Assembly: GCA_018652265.1 (NCBI GenBank)
Contig: JABICL010000039.1
Location: 7,287-71,286 of the forward strand
Reading direction: 5' to 3'
From: Candidatus Peribacteria bacterium
GTDB lineage: Bacteria > Patescibacteriota > Gracilibacteria > Peribacterales > Peribacteraceae
Length of the DNA: 64,000 nucleotides
This document shows positions 30,116 to 39,532 of the stretch, in pieces. The notes under the pieces are model-generated. The model saw nothing but the letters and a program-made list of their open reading frames with translations. It did not search any database and was not told where the DNA came from. A program made the position numbers and the translations under genes. The first letter of the stretch is position 1; each line of letters begins with the position of its first letter.

Positions 30116-30217
30116 TAGGTATGGTAGGTATTGTACGTAATGTAGGTACAGACTTAATCCTACAAATTAAATGCTACCTACATTACCTACGATACCTACT
30201 GTACTTACAATACCTAA
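30116..30217. repeat. Palindromic 9-mer tandem array, right border of STAS array
   Basis: TAGGTATGG TAGGTATTG TACGTAATG TAGGTACA ... TACCTACAT TACCTACGA TACCTACTG. Confidence 0.85.
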
Positions 30218-30220
30218 GCC

Positions 30221-32749
30221 CTATTTCTCATCCGGAGGTATTCCGTAATAGTCAAACAACACCTTAGAAACCTCCTTAAATACCGGTGCAGCGGACTGGG
30301 AGCCATATTCCACAGTTCTAGGACGATCAAATTTTACTATCATTACAAATCTAGGCTTATCTACAGGAGCATATCCAGCAAAAGAGGTAATAGAAGATCC
30401 ACTTCCAGTGCTTTCATATTTACCACCAGGACCAGCTATCTGACTGGTGCCAGTTTTTCCAGCCATACGATATCCATCTACTTTTGCAGCACGAGCAAAT
30501 CCTTCATTCATACCCTTTGTAAGCATTGCAGTTACTGTTGCTGCAGCTTCTTCTGTAATTACTTGTTCCAAGGTCTTTGAATAAACTTCTTCTATAGTTC
30601 CATCCGAATCAATCCAACTATCTATTATTGTAGGCTTCACAAGCTTGCCTCCATTTGCAAGTACAGAGAAAGCAGTAACAATTTGAAGTGGAGTAGCAGA
30701 AATTCCCTGACCATAAGAAGCAGTAGCGAGCAGAGCATCACTCCATCTTCTCCAATCCAAAACATTACCTGGCTTTTCATCTTCAAGCTGAATTCCAGTT
30801 ATACGACCAAAACCAAATCTCTTTATGTAGTTTGCAAAAAGTTTCTTACCAAGTTTTCTAGAGACATGCGTCATACATGTATTTACAGAATATGAAAGAC
30901 AATCCGTCATAGTTACCTCATCGAAAACTCTATTTTCTGCATTGGCAATAATATATTCGTCTATCTCTACAGTACCTTCATCTAAGTACATATCATCTGG
31001 AGTTATCTCCCCCTGATCTATTGCTATAGACATTGTAATAGGCTTAAAAACAGATCCAGGCTCATATATTTCTTGGCTAATACGATTTATATAAGCACCC
31101 ACTCCTATGCGATTTTTATATCTAAGCCAGTGATAATCTCCATCATTTCCACGCTCTAGGAATAGTTCGAAACGATTATTTTCACCTGTATATAAGAAAT
31201 ATCTCTTCAAATCATCTATGTCATAGTACTTCTCTAAATCTAGTAGCTCTTCCTGAAGCTCTCGACTCAAATGAACACGCCCCTCAGGAGTTGCATCATT
31301 CAAATATCCTCTCATTACCAGATCATTAGTTTCTGGATCTGCTATCTCTACTACTATGCTTGGGATCAAATCATCTGGAATATCGTAAGGCTCTTTTTTA
31401 AAAACCAAACTATAATTATTTGCATCCACAAGTGGAGCATTTGCAGCAACTATTATTCTGCCCGTAGAAGGATCCATTACAATTACTTGTCCACTATCTG
31501 CTTCGAACTCATCTACAGCTGCAGAAAGAATATTTTCTACTTTCTTTTGCAAAAATCTATCTATAGTTAGGATTACGCTTCTTCCATCCAAAGCATGGAT
31601 TATACTTTGATCATCTGAAACTATTTGTCCTCCAAAAGGATCAGTAAGCGCACTTATACGACCTTCTTGACCACGTAGATCATGATCGAAAGTTCTCTCT
31701 ATTCCATTTTGCGGTTGCTGATTAATATTTAAAAATCCTGCAATCTGAGATGCTACAGTTCCATCTGGATATATTCTCCAATGTTCAGGAATAAGTGCTA
31801 TTCCACGCAATGGATCATAAATATTATTTGCCGTTTCTTTATCTCCTCTTTTTATAAGCTCCTTTCTCTGCTGCGCAGTACGTTCTATTGATTCTTTCTT
31901 AAGCGATTTTATCCTCTTGGAAAACTCTGGCTTTATCCTTCTCATTATAGGTACATATCTAAGCCTTCTTTTTACTAATCTCTCTCGTATAAATTCAGGT
32001 TCAAGTGCAAGTGATGGAGAAATAATTTTTGCAATTCTGTGACGTTCATACTGAGGAATATGAACCGGATTCGCATACACAAGTTTACTGTTTTCTGATG
32101 CATAAATACCTGGTATACCAAACTCTTGAATTTTTCTTACCTGAACTTTGTTTGCTCCATACAAAAGCGGAATAAAAGATACAAACTCTTCATTTATTCT
32201 TTTAAAAATATCATTTGAAAATTGACCTCTTATTGTTTCTATAGGAAGTATAATTCTATTATTTGATTCACCTTCATCAGATTCGTTTATCTGATTATTT
32301 ATTTCTTTTAGAGGATCAAAGGCTGACTCATAGTACTCGCGAAGTTCGCGTGGACAATCTTTGTCTCCCTCTCTACACAGATTGTCATATTCTGTTATAA
32401 GTAATTCTTCTGCAAGAAGTCTCGAAACTGTACTCTTGTCATCCGTCACAAACGGATCTACATATAAAAGATCGAGAGTTGTATTTGTAGCCAAGATATT
32501 CAATTCATTTGTTTTGCTATTTCTACTAAGAATTTCACCTCTTTTAGCAGGAAGAACAATACCTCCGAAATGCTGTGCGCGAGCTATTTCCTCATATTCT
32601 GCTCCACGTATGATTTGTAGTTCTATAAGCCTTGCTACTATCACCAGAAGTATCACAAGCAAGATTCCATGAACTATCTCTATTCTACGCGAAAACATGC
32701 GCTTTCTATGCGTATCACTCACCTGGGAAGTAGTGCGATATCTCGCCAT
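30221..32749 (-). CDS. Class B penicillin-binding protein (FtsI/PBP2-like) with insertions
   Basis: PAKRGEI, YEPGSVFK (SxxK), SVN, KTGTSQ; start placed at MARYR. Confidence 0.92.
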   Translation of the reverse strand: MARYRTTSQVSDTHRKRMFSRRIEIVHGILLVILLVIVARLIELQIIRGAEYEEIARAQHFGGIVLPAKRGEILSRNSKTNELNILATNTTLDLLYVDPFVTDDKSTVSRLLAEELLITEYDNLCREGDKDCPRELREYYESAFDPLKEINNQINESDEGESNNRIILPIETIRGQFSNDIFKRINEEFVSFIPLLYGANKVQVRKIQEFGIPGIYASENSKLVYANPVHIPQYERHRIAKIISPSLALEPEFIRERLVKRRLRYVPIMRRIKPEFSKRIKSLKKESIERTAQQRKELIKRGDKETANNIYDPLRGIALIPEHWRIYPDGTVASQIAGFLNINQQPQNGIERTFDHDLRGQEGRISALTDPFGGQIVSDDQSIIHALDGRSVILTIDRFLQKKVENILSAAVDEFEADSGQVIVMDPSTGRIIVAANAPLVDANNYSLVFKKEPYDIPDDLIPSIVVEIADPETNDLVMRGYLNDATPEGRVHLSRELQEELLDLEKYYDIDDLKRYFLYTGENNRFELFLERGNDGDYHWLRYKNRIGVGAYINRISQEIYEPGSVFKPITMSIAIDQGEITPDDMYLDEGTVEIDEYIIANAENRVFDEVTMTDCLSYSVNTCMTHVSRKLGKKLFANYIKRFGFGRITGIQLEDEKPGNVLDWRRWSDALLATASYGQGISATPLQIVTAFSVLANGGKLVKPTIIDSWIDSDGTIEEVYSKTLEQVITEEAAATVTAMLTKGMNEGFARAAKVDGYRMAGKTGTSQIAGPGGKYESTGSGSSITSFAGYAPVDKPRFVMIVKFDRPRTVEYGSQSAAPVFKEVSKVLFDYYGIPPDEK

Positions 32750-32771
32750 ATATGGTAGAATAGAGGGATAA

Positions 32772-33905
32772 ATGAAACAAATACAGACCAGACTCGAAAA
32801 CAAAAAAGGGGATGAATTCCTATCCACTCTTCATGACATAGCAGTCGAAGAGGGGATATCCGATCTCCACTTTTTCCCAAAGAAAGAAAATGTGGAACTT
32901 GGATGGCGTCAGGACGGAATCATGCAGTCGGTATTTACAATGACCCACGAACTATACACTGATGTAGTTAGGCGAATAAAGTTTGCTTCGAAACTAAGTT
33001 TGAATATTACAAATGTTCCACAAGATGGAGAATATGCTTTTGCTCATAACATAAAAGATAGTGATGAAAAACGTGAAGTAAAAGTTCGTGTATCTTCATT
33101 GCCATCTAAATTCGGTGAAGTGTTTACTCTTCGTTTACTTGATCCAAAGAAGGGGATAGTGCCACTTGAAAAACTTGGATTCCAAGCAGACATAGAAAAA
33201 GAAATGAGAGACTTAGTACAAAAGCCACATGGAATTATGCTTGTAACTGGTCCTACTGGATCTGGTAAAACTACTACTCTTTATTCACTTCTATCCACAC
33301 TTGTTGGAACTGGTAAAAATATAATTACACTAGAAGATCCAGTCGAATATCCACTAGAAGGAATAGTACAGAGTCAGATAGACCACAAACATGATTACAC
33401 TTTTGCAAAAGGGCTTCGTGCAATTCTCAGACAAGACCCAGATGTAATTCTGGTAGGTGAGATACGTGACGCAGAAACTGCAAAAACAGCGGCAGACGCT
33501 GCTCTTACTGGTCACATGGTTTTCGCCACTCTTCATACAAACTCAGCTATAGAAAGTATTCCACGACTTCTCTCTATGGGAGTAGATTCTTATATGCTCG
33601 CTCCAGCACTTAGAGGCATCTTGGCTCAGAGGCTTATAAGGAGAGTATGCAAAGATTGTGACGGCAAAAAAGAAAATAACTCCTGCGATACATGTATTGG
33701 CACAGGATATAAAGGAAGAATGACTCTTCCTGAACTTCTTATGATAGATGATGGTATGAGAAATTTAATTCTAGAAGGAGCATTACAAAAAGAACTAGAA
33801 GAATATGCTAAGAAGCACGGATTCAAAACCATGAAAGAGCGAGGAGAAGAAGTAGCAAATCAAGGCGATACGGATATGGCAGAGGTGTCTAGAGTTACTT
33901 CATAA
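32772..33905 (+). CDS. GspE/PilB-family secretion/pilus ATPase
   Basis: SDLHF, PQDG, GPTGSGKTTTLY, LRQDPDVILVGEIRD, TGHMVFATLHTN. Confidence 0.95.
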   Translation: MKQIQTRLENKKGDEFLSTLHDIAVEEGISDLHFFPKKENVELGWRQDGIMQSVFTMTHELYTDVVRRIKFASKLSLNITNVPQDGEYAFAHNIKDSDEKREVKVRVSSLPSKFGEVFTLRLLDPKKGIVPLEKLGFQADIEKEMRDLVQKPHGIMLVTGPTGSGKTTTLYSLLSTLVGTGKNIITLEDPVEYPLEGIVQSQIDHKHDYTFAKGLRAILRQDPDVILVGEIRDAETAKTAADAALTGHMVFATLHTNSAIESIPRLLSMGVDSYMLAPALRGILAQRLIRRVCKDCDGKKENNSCDTCIGTGYKGRMTLPELLMIDDGMRNLILEGALQKELEEYAKKHGFKTMKERGEEVANQGDTDMAEVSRVTS

Positions 33906-33959
33906 ACTTTAGTTAATTTTCAATTTTCATTCAAATTTCAATATATAATTTCCAAACTT

Positions 33960-34346
33960 CTACTCAGATGGTTTTAAGGATGAAGTAATTTTTTGAAAAA
34001 TTAATGTTAGCTCTTGGCATTCTTGCCATAATTTACGAATTTCCTGTTTTTTCTCCGGAACTGCTGCTGCTAGCATACGAAGATGATGTTTTGTCTCTTG
34101 ACATTCTTTCTTTGCAATATGAATCTTATTACGAAAATCTTTTTTGGAACTTGCACCATTTGCCTCCATGTAATTAGCACCAATACTCGTCGCAGAACCA
34201 ACAATCTGATCAATTATACGACGTGTGATTACATCTTTTATAACAGATTTGCATAAATGTATTACATTTTCACCAAAAACTGCCGTTCTCTCCTCCAGAT
34301 CAAACTTTTTATCAGTTTGTGTACTCCTAGAAATCATAGGAAACAA
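33960..34346 (-). CDS. Four-helix-bundle protein (23S rRNA IVP-like)
   Basis: DLEERT..F...QIVGSATSIGANYMEA..ASSKKDF..KI.IA.KE..ET.H.L. Confidence 0.9.
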   Translation of the reverse strand: MFPMISRSTQTDKKFDLEERTAVFGENVIHLCKSVIKDVITRRIIDQIVGSATSIGANYMEANGASSKKDFRNKIHIAKKECQETKHHLRMLAAAVPEKKQEIRKLWQECQELTLIFQKITSSLKPSE

Positions 34347-34510
34347 TAATAGACCTTAATACTCCAAATGCAAATATTTGAACATTGCACATTGAATCTT
34401 TATCCTTGAATGAAAATTGAAAATTAGAAATTGAAAATTAACATCAGTCAACTGTCTCAGAATCTAACTGCCCCTTTCCTACAACGCAACAATGTTCTAC
34501 GATAAACACC

Positions 34511-36586
34511 ATGCCAGAAGGCGTGGATCCACTTTCACCAGTTGAGTCTCCAAATGAACCAGAGGAGAGCACAACAGAAGCTATTGAAGAAGCTCCTGCA
34601 AGCGATGCAGCGTTTGCTGCTAAGAAGAAAAAACTTCTTCTTATGATTCTCGGTGGAGCAGGAATATTTTTTATGTTCTATATATTCTTTGCATTTTATC
34701 TCATGGTATCTCTTCCATCTCCAGATGGAGGAGGACAGGGACTTAAAGCTTTTGGAAACTTGTTCTACGGTGCAGTAAGCGCTCTATCACTTTCCTTGCT
34801 TGCACTCATAGCACTCAGGATGATCAAATCTGGCGCTGAGCCTGCAGATCTTCAGCGCGCACTTATGAGACCAGGAATACTCACACTTATAATCATAATG
34901 GTTGCAGTTATGGTCTTTGGATCTATAAATAGATCTGTTCCAATTCCTGTAGACATTATAGAGCCAGAAGACACACAAGGTCTTACAGCTCCTGTAACAG
35001 TTACATTCGGAGTCCACTCTATGCAAGATATATTAAAAAAACAGGGACTCTCTGCCAAAAAATATAAATGGGATTTCAATGGTGATGGAAAAGCTGATGC
35101 AGACACAAAAGAAAAAGAAGTTACAACTGTATACGAAAGAAAGGGAACATTTTTCCCAAACGTAAAAGTGCTTTTAAGTAATGGTAAAACTCAAACAGCA
35201 AGAACACGAATTTCTATACCAAATATAATGATCAGCATATCTCCAGAAGATCCGATCATAAACGAAGATATAACCTTTGATGCTACTTACTTAGCACAAG
35301 ATCCACAGAATGTTGAAGTCTTGCTTTGGGATTTTAATGGTGATGGCACTGCAGAAATACAAAGTGCTGCCGCTGTCGATGGATTAACTTCTGTACATTC
35401 TTTTTCTGAGATTGGAACTCACCAATCTAGAGTAACTATAAAATATAAGGGTGGCTTACAAGAGGTATATACAAGGCCAATAAACGTAGAAGAGAGTAGA
35501 GAACAGCCATTTGAGATATCTATGGAAATAGAAGGAGAACTCACAGGTACCGCACCACTTGGAATAATCTTCAAAGCAAAAACTGAAGAAGCAATAGAAG
35601 CAAAAGATATTTCCTGGGAGTTTCTCGAAACTGGCTCATCCAATGCTAGAAAAGAAGAAGATTCAGGAGAAAGAATAAGTCATATCTTTTCGAAAAAAGG
35701 AGATTACCGAGTAACTCTAAAGGTAACAGATAAAATAGGAAGAATAGCCAGGACTTCTACAGAAGTGAATGTAATGGAACCACTGTCTTTGAATGATGTT
35801 GTAATTACAGGCTCACCAAAACCATCAAATAAAATTGTAGAAGGAAGGGAACCACTTGAAGTTGAGCTGGATGCTTCTACAAAAACTCCGCTTATTACTT
35901 TTAAATGGGAACAAGAAGGAGCCTCTCGAGTATTTTCATCAGAAGATACATATCATGCTAGATATCAAAAAGAAGGATCATATCCTGTAGTTTTAATTGC
36001 ATCTGATGCTGAAGGTAGAATCCAAAAATTCCCAATGGAAATAAAAGTTCTTCCTCCTAAATCTCGTGTTACTTTTTCTGCACTACCTTCTACTGGCATA
36101 GCTCCACTTTCTGTTAACTTCGATGCATCACAATCATTTATACCTGATGCAAGAATAACTGGTTTTGCATGGCTATTTGGAGATGAACAAAAATTACAAT
36201 CAGAGCCACAACTTCTTGGCGCCCGAGCTTCTCATAGATACGAAGAAGAGGGGACATACACAGTAGTAGTAAAAGCTCTCACAGAAGAAGGTGGTTCATA
36301 TGAGGCAAATAAAGTCATAGTAGTTAGATCTCCTATTTTAGATGCATGCTTCTTCCCAAGTAGATCTATAGGAGAAGCTCCACTCGAAGTAAGATTAAAC
36401 GCAGGATGTTCTACTGGAAATATTTCTACTTACTCTTGGACTTTCGGAGATGGAGAAAAGGAAAGTAGCTCTGGATCAATTCTCGATCACACATTCACTG
36501 TCCCTGGAACATACATGACAACCCTCGAAGTAAATGACGCACAAGGAAGCTTTAGTCAAACTACTTCGGAAATTATAGTTAAGTAA
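34511..36586 (+). CDS. Membrane-anchored multi-PKD-domain protein
   Basis: Three N-terminal TM segments; repeated WDFNGDG / W.FGD, G.APL.V.FDAS motifs. Confidence 0.88.
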   Translation: MPEGVDPLSPVESPNEPEESTTEAIEEAPASDAAFAAKKKKLLLMILGGAGIFFMFYIFFAFYLMVSLPSPDGGGQGLKAFGNLFYGAVSALSLSLLALIALRMIKSGAEPADLQRALMRPGILTLIIIMVAVMVFGSINRSVPIPVDIIEPEDTQGLTAPVTVTFGVHSMQDILKKQGLSAKKYKWDFNGDGKADADTKEKEVTTVYERKGTFFPNVKVLLSNGKTQTARTRISIPNIMISISPEDPIINEDITFDATYLAQDPQNVEVLLWDFNGDGTAEIQSAAAVDGLTSVHSFSEIGTHQSRVTIKYKGGLQEVYTRPINVEESREQPFEISMEIEGELTGTAPLGIIFKAKTEEAIEAKDISWEFLETGSSNARKEEDSGERISHIFSKKGDYRVTLKVTDKIGRIARTSTEVNVMEPLSLNDVVITGSPKPSNKIVEGREPLEVELDASTKTPLITFKWEQEGASRVFSSEDTYHARYQKEGSYPVVLIASDAEGRIQKFPMEIKVLPPKSRVTFSALPSTGIAPLSVNFDASQSFIPDARITGFAWLFGDEQKLQSEPQLLGARASHRYEEEGTYTVVVKALTEEGGSYEANKVIVVRSPILDACFFPSRSIGEAPLEVRLNAGCSTGNISTYSWTFGDGEKESSSGSILDHTFTVPGTYMTTLEVNDAQGSFSQTTSEIIVK

Positions 36587-36597
36587 CTCTTATTATT

Positions 36598-36687
36598 ATG
36601 AATAAAAAAGTCGTTCGTGTTATAGCATTTGTAGGATTAATCGCACTTGTTGGAGGATCGCTACTGCCTATGTTTGCAGGACTCTAA
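36598..36687 (+). CDS. 29-aa single-TM miniprotein (Prli42/DUF4044-like)
   Basis: MNKKVVRVIAFVGLIALVGGSLLPMFAGL, read manually; below the ORF-track cutoff. Confidence 0.55.
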   Translation: MNKKVVRVIAFVGLIALVGGSLLPMFAGL

Positions 36688-37641
36688 GAAGTAAGCAGCA
36701 CTCGCTATCATCGCTCCGTTATCCGTACAATACTTAGGCTCTGGAATTCTAAGTGTTTTATCTCCACAGGCTTTCTTCATCATATCTCGTAAATAAGAAT
36801 TGCAAGCAACTCCGCCTACTATATGCACCTCAGAAATATCTGAATGATTTTCTAATGCTTTTTTTACACGACTTACAAGCTGAGAACAGATCGCATGTTG
36901 ATAACTTGCTGCTATATCTTTTTTCTCTTCAGAAGAAAGTTCATCTAGCCCACCCTTATCTCTTAAATAATATTTAAGTGAAGTCTTCATCCCCGAAAAA
37001 CTAAAGTCAGTTGAGTGAACTGCAAAATTAGATCCTTTACTACAAAAATCTGCATAATAAGGATTACCTCCGAGTGCCAATTTAGAAATTTCTGGTCCGC
37101 CAGGATATGGAAGCCCAAGAAGAACAGCTCCTTTATCGAAAGCTTCTCCTGCAGCATCATCTAAAGTTCTACTTATTATTTCTCCATCTTTGTGACTTTG
37201 CCTCAGCCAAAGCTCGCTGTGACCCCCGCTTACACTTAGAGACAAAACTGGAAACTTAACTTCATCTTCACTAGTCGTAAGCCATGGAGAAGATAGATGC
37301 CCCATAGTGTGATGAACTTTCATGAGCTTCTTTTTCCATACAGAAGAAAGAGTCTCTGCAGTCATTATTCCAACCAAGAGAGATGTCTGAAGTCCTGGCT
37401 GATCTGTTACTGCAATTAAATCTATCTGATCTATAGATATTCCAGAATCACTCAAGGCTTTATCTATCACAGGAATCATATACTCAACCTGACGCCTAGC
37501 TGCTATTTCTGGAAATATACCTCCATACTTTGCATGATCCTCAATAGAACTTGTCACGGCGTTTGCAAGAATCTTTCTACCGTCCTTCACAACTGCCACA
37601 GAGGTCTCATCGCACGATGTTTCTATTCCTAGTACAATCAC
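36661..37641 (-). CDS. tsaD: tRNA N6-adenosine threonylcarbamoyltransferase
   Basis: LGIETSCDETS, HHTMGH, SGGHS, TLDDAAGEAFDK, CTDNGAMIA; GTG start. Confidence 0.96.
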   Translation of the reverse strand: MIVLGIETSCDETSVAVVKDGRKILANAVTSSIEDHAKYGGIFPEIAARRQVEYMIPVIDKALSDSGISIDQIDLIAVTDQPGLQTSLLVGIMTAETLSSVWKKKLMKVHHTMGHLSSPWLTTSEDEVKFPVLSLSVSGGHSELWLRQSHKDGEIISRTLDDAAGEAFDKGAVLLGLPYPGGPEISKLALGGNPYYADFCSKGSNFAVHSTDFSFSGMKTSLKYYLRDKGGLDELSSEEKKDIAASYQHAICSQLVSRVKKALENHSDISEVHIVGGVACNSYLRDMMKKACGDKTLRIPEPKYCTDNGAMIASAAYFLESCKHRQ

Positions 37642-37675
37642 GCGAAATATGATACCGATTTGCATTTAAAACACC

Positions 37676-37780
37676 ATAATTCACATGAGCAATACTGAGA
37701 ATAATGGCGGCGTAGCGGAATCGTCGGTAAATTTTGGCAATATGACGAAAAGGTGACCTTTTTAAACGCGAAGCCGTATG
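37676..37780 (+). repeat. Family D element, copy 2
   Basis: Similar to 16387-16495. Confidence 0.75.
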
Positions 37781-37826
37781 ATATAATAGTTACTTAAGAA
37801 AACACACACAAAACCCAACATTTAGA

Positions 37827-38600
37827 ATGCTTCATAAGCATCACTCACATCACCACGCGATTCTCTTTTTACTAAGTGTCATCTTCATAGGAGGCGCTCT
37901 GGGCGGCGTATCTGGAGCTTTGGATAAGGACATTATATTTGATGCAAATGCACTCAGAGCAGATGGAACTGCGCTCAGTAAATCTGCTCAAAAAAGACTA
38001 GAAAGAATAGAAAAAAGGAGACTCGCCAGAGAGAGAAAAGCACAAAGATCAGGACAAATTGCAAAAAAGGCAAAAATTACATATCCGATGCAAGCAAGCA
38101 CTCTACAAAAAGAAGCAGAAAAAAGATGGGACACAGAACTGGATGTCGGTCGACTTGTATATAGTAATTTAGGAATAGTTGCTCCACTTGGAAGACCATC
38201 TGACATTCATTGGAAAAATAAAAATTGGCGTGAGCTAGAAAATCAGATGCAGTACGCACTCAAGAACGGACTCGCTCTTTATCCTCATTCTCCAGCAGTC
38301 GGAAGTAGGGGGCAGGTAATAATTGCAGGTCATAGTAGCGCTCCTACTTTGGATGCAATAGGGGATCCATTCGAAGACATCTTTGCTGCACTTCCAAATT
38401 CAGAGGTAGGGGACATAGTGGAAGTAAAAGACAAATACGAAAATACTTATAAGTACGAGGTAACCAAATCCAAGGAGATTTCTGCCTCTCAGACTTCGCT
38501 ACTTTTGCAAAACAAGAGCAAGAGCGAGATTATAATGTTTACCTGCTATCCCGTAGGAACTACGAGAAACAGGTGGGCTGTTTGGGCAAGACTTCTTTAG
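37827..38600 (+). CDS. Sortase family protein
   Basis: N-terminal TM, IIAGHSS, FTCYPVGTTRNRW (His/Cys/Arg triad). Confidence 0.88.
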   Translation: MLHKHHSHHHAILFLLSVIFIGGALGGVSGALDKDIIFDANALRADGTALSKSAQKRLERIEKRRLARERKAQRSGQIAKKAKITYPMQASTLQKEAEKRWDTELDVGRLVYSNLGIVAPLGRPSDIHWKNKNWRELENQMQYALKNGLALYPHSPAVGSRGQVIIAGHSSAPTLDAIGDPFEDIFAALPNSEVGDIVEVKDKYENTYKYEVTKSKEISASQTSLLLQNKSKSEIIMFTCYPVGTTRNRWAVWARLL

Positions 38601-38612
38601 TATATTTATATC

Positions 38613-38692
38613 GCCTCTCAACTCGTTGTGCTTTCCTCGAGCATTCGCCTTTGGCGAATGTCGAGAGGCAGCACAACTCACTCGAGGAAAGC
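38613..38692 (-). repeat. Family C repeat, self-nested form
   Basis: GCTTTCCTCGAG arms shared with 55803-55891 and 57820-57911. Confidence 0.75.
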
Positions 38693-38754
38693 AACATATA
38701 TTTAAGCCACTATTTAACTAGAAACTAACAGCTATAAACTAGTAAACTTCATAT

Positions 38755-39519
38755 ATGAGCATCTTCCCAACGAGACAAATTTTCCTAGAAATCGGACCGC
38801 TTACAATTCATTGGTACGGCATCATGTATATGATTGCTTTTCTTTTGGTTCTTTGGATTGTTCCACGAATAAAAAAATATCGTGACGTGCATCTATCATC
38901 TGAATATCTCTCCACATTACTTTTATATGGAATAGTGGGAACTATAGTCGGTGGAAGGCTTGGGTATGTAATCTTTTATGGCGCAGACTATTTCGGAGAT
39001 AATCCTTTAGAAATATTTATGGTGTGGAAAGGAGGGATGTCTTCTCATGGCGGGATAATAGGAGTAGCAATTGCTGCGTGGATTTTCTCTAAAAAGCATG
39101 CAATCGATATATGGCGTCTTGCAGATGTACTAGTAATTCCAGCAGCTATAGGACTTGCATTTGGAAGATTCGGCAATTTTATAAATCAGGAACTCTATGG
39201 CTCTGTCACAGATCTCCCATGGGCAATATCTATACCAGGAGAAATGGATCTCAGACATCCAACACAGATATATGCAATTATAAAAAATCTATTTATAACT
39301 TCTGTATGTTTTATGCATCTAAAGAAATATAAAAAGCCAGGAACAACTCTTGGGCTATTTATAATACTCTATGGAATTCTGAGATTTCTTATAGAGTTTA
39401 TAAGAGTAGAAACCTCGGAAGGATTCGACATTGCCTTTATGCATCTAACAAGAGGACAGATGCTTACTGTTCCTTTGATAGTTATTGGGGTTTGGATTAT
39501 GAGAACAAAAAGAAAATAG
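38755..39519 (+). CDS. lgt: Prolipoprotein diacylglyceryl transferase
   Basis: WYGIMY, GGRLGYV, GGMSSHGG, GRFGNFINQELYG, RHPTQIY. Confidence 0.97.
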   Translation: MSIFPTRQIFLEIGPLTIHWYGIMYMIAFLLVLWIVPRIKKYRDVHLSSEYLSTLLLYGIVGTIVGGRLGYVIFYGADYFGDNPLEIFMVWKGGMSSHGGIIGVAIAAWIFSKKHAIDIWRLADVLVIPAAIGLAFGRFGNFINQELYGSVTDLPWAISIPGEMDLRHPTQIYAIIKNLFITSVCFMHLKKYKKPGTTLGLFIILYGILRFLIEFIRVETSEGFDIAFMHLTRGQMLTVPLIVIGVWIMRTKRK

Positions 39520-39532
39520 TATTTCTTTATTA

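Noticed and set aside
33960..34346. Diversity-generating retroelement implied by the Avd-like fold
   Set aside because: No reverse transcriptase, and no repeat pair differing only at adenines. The 10363/13507 and family D pairs differ at mixed bases.
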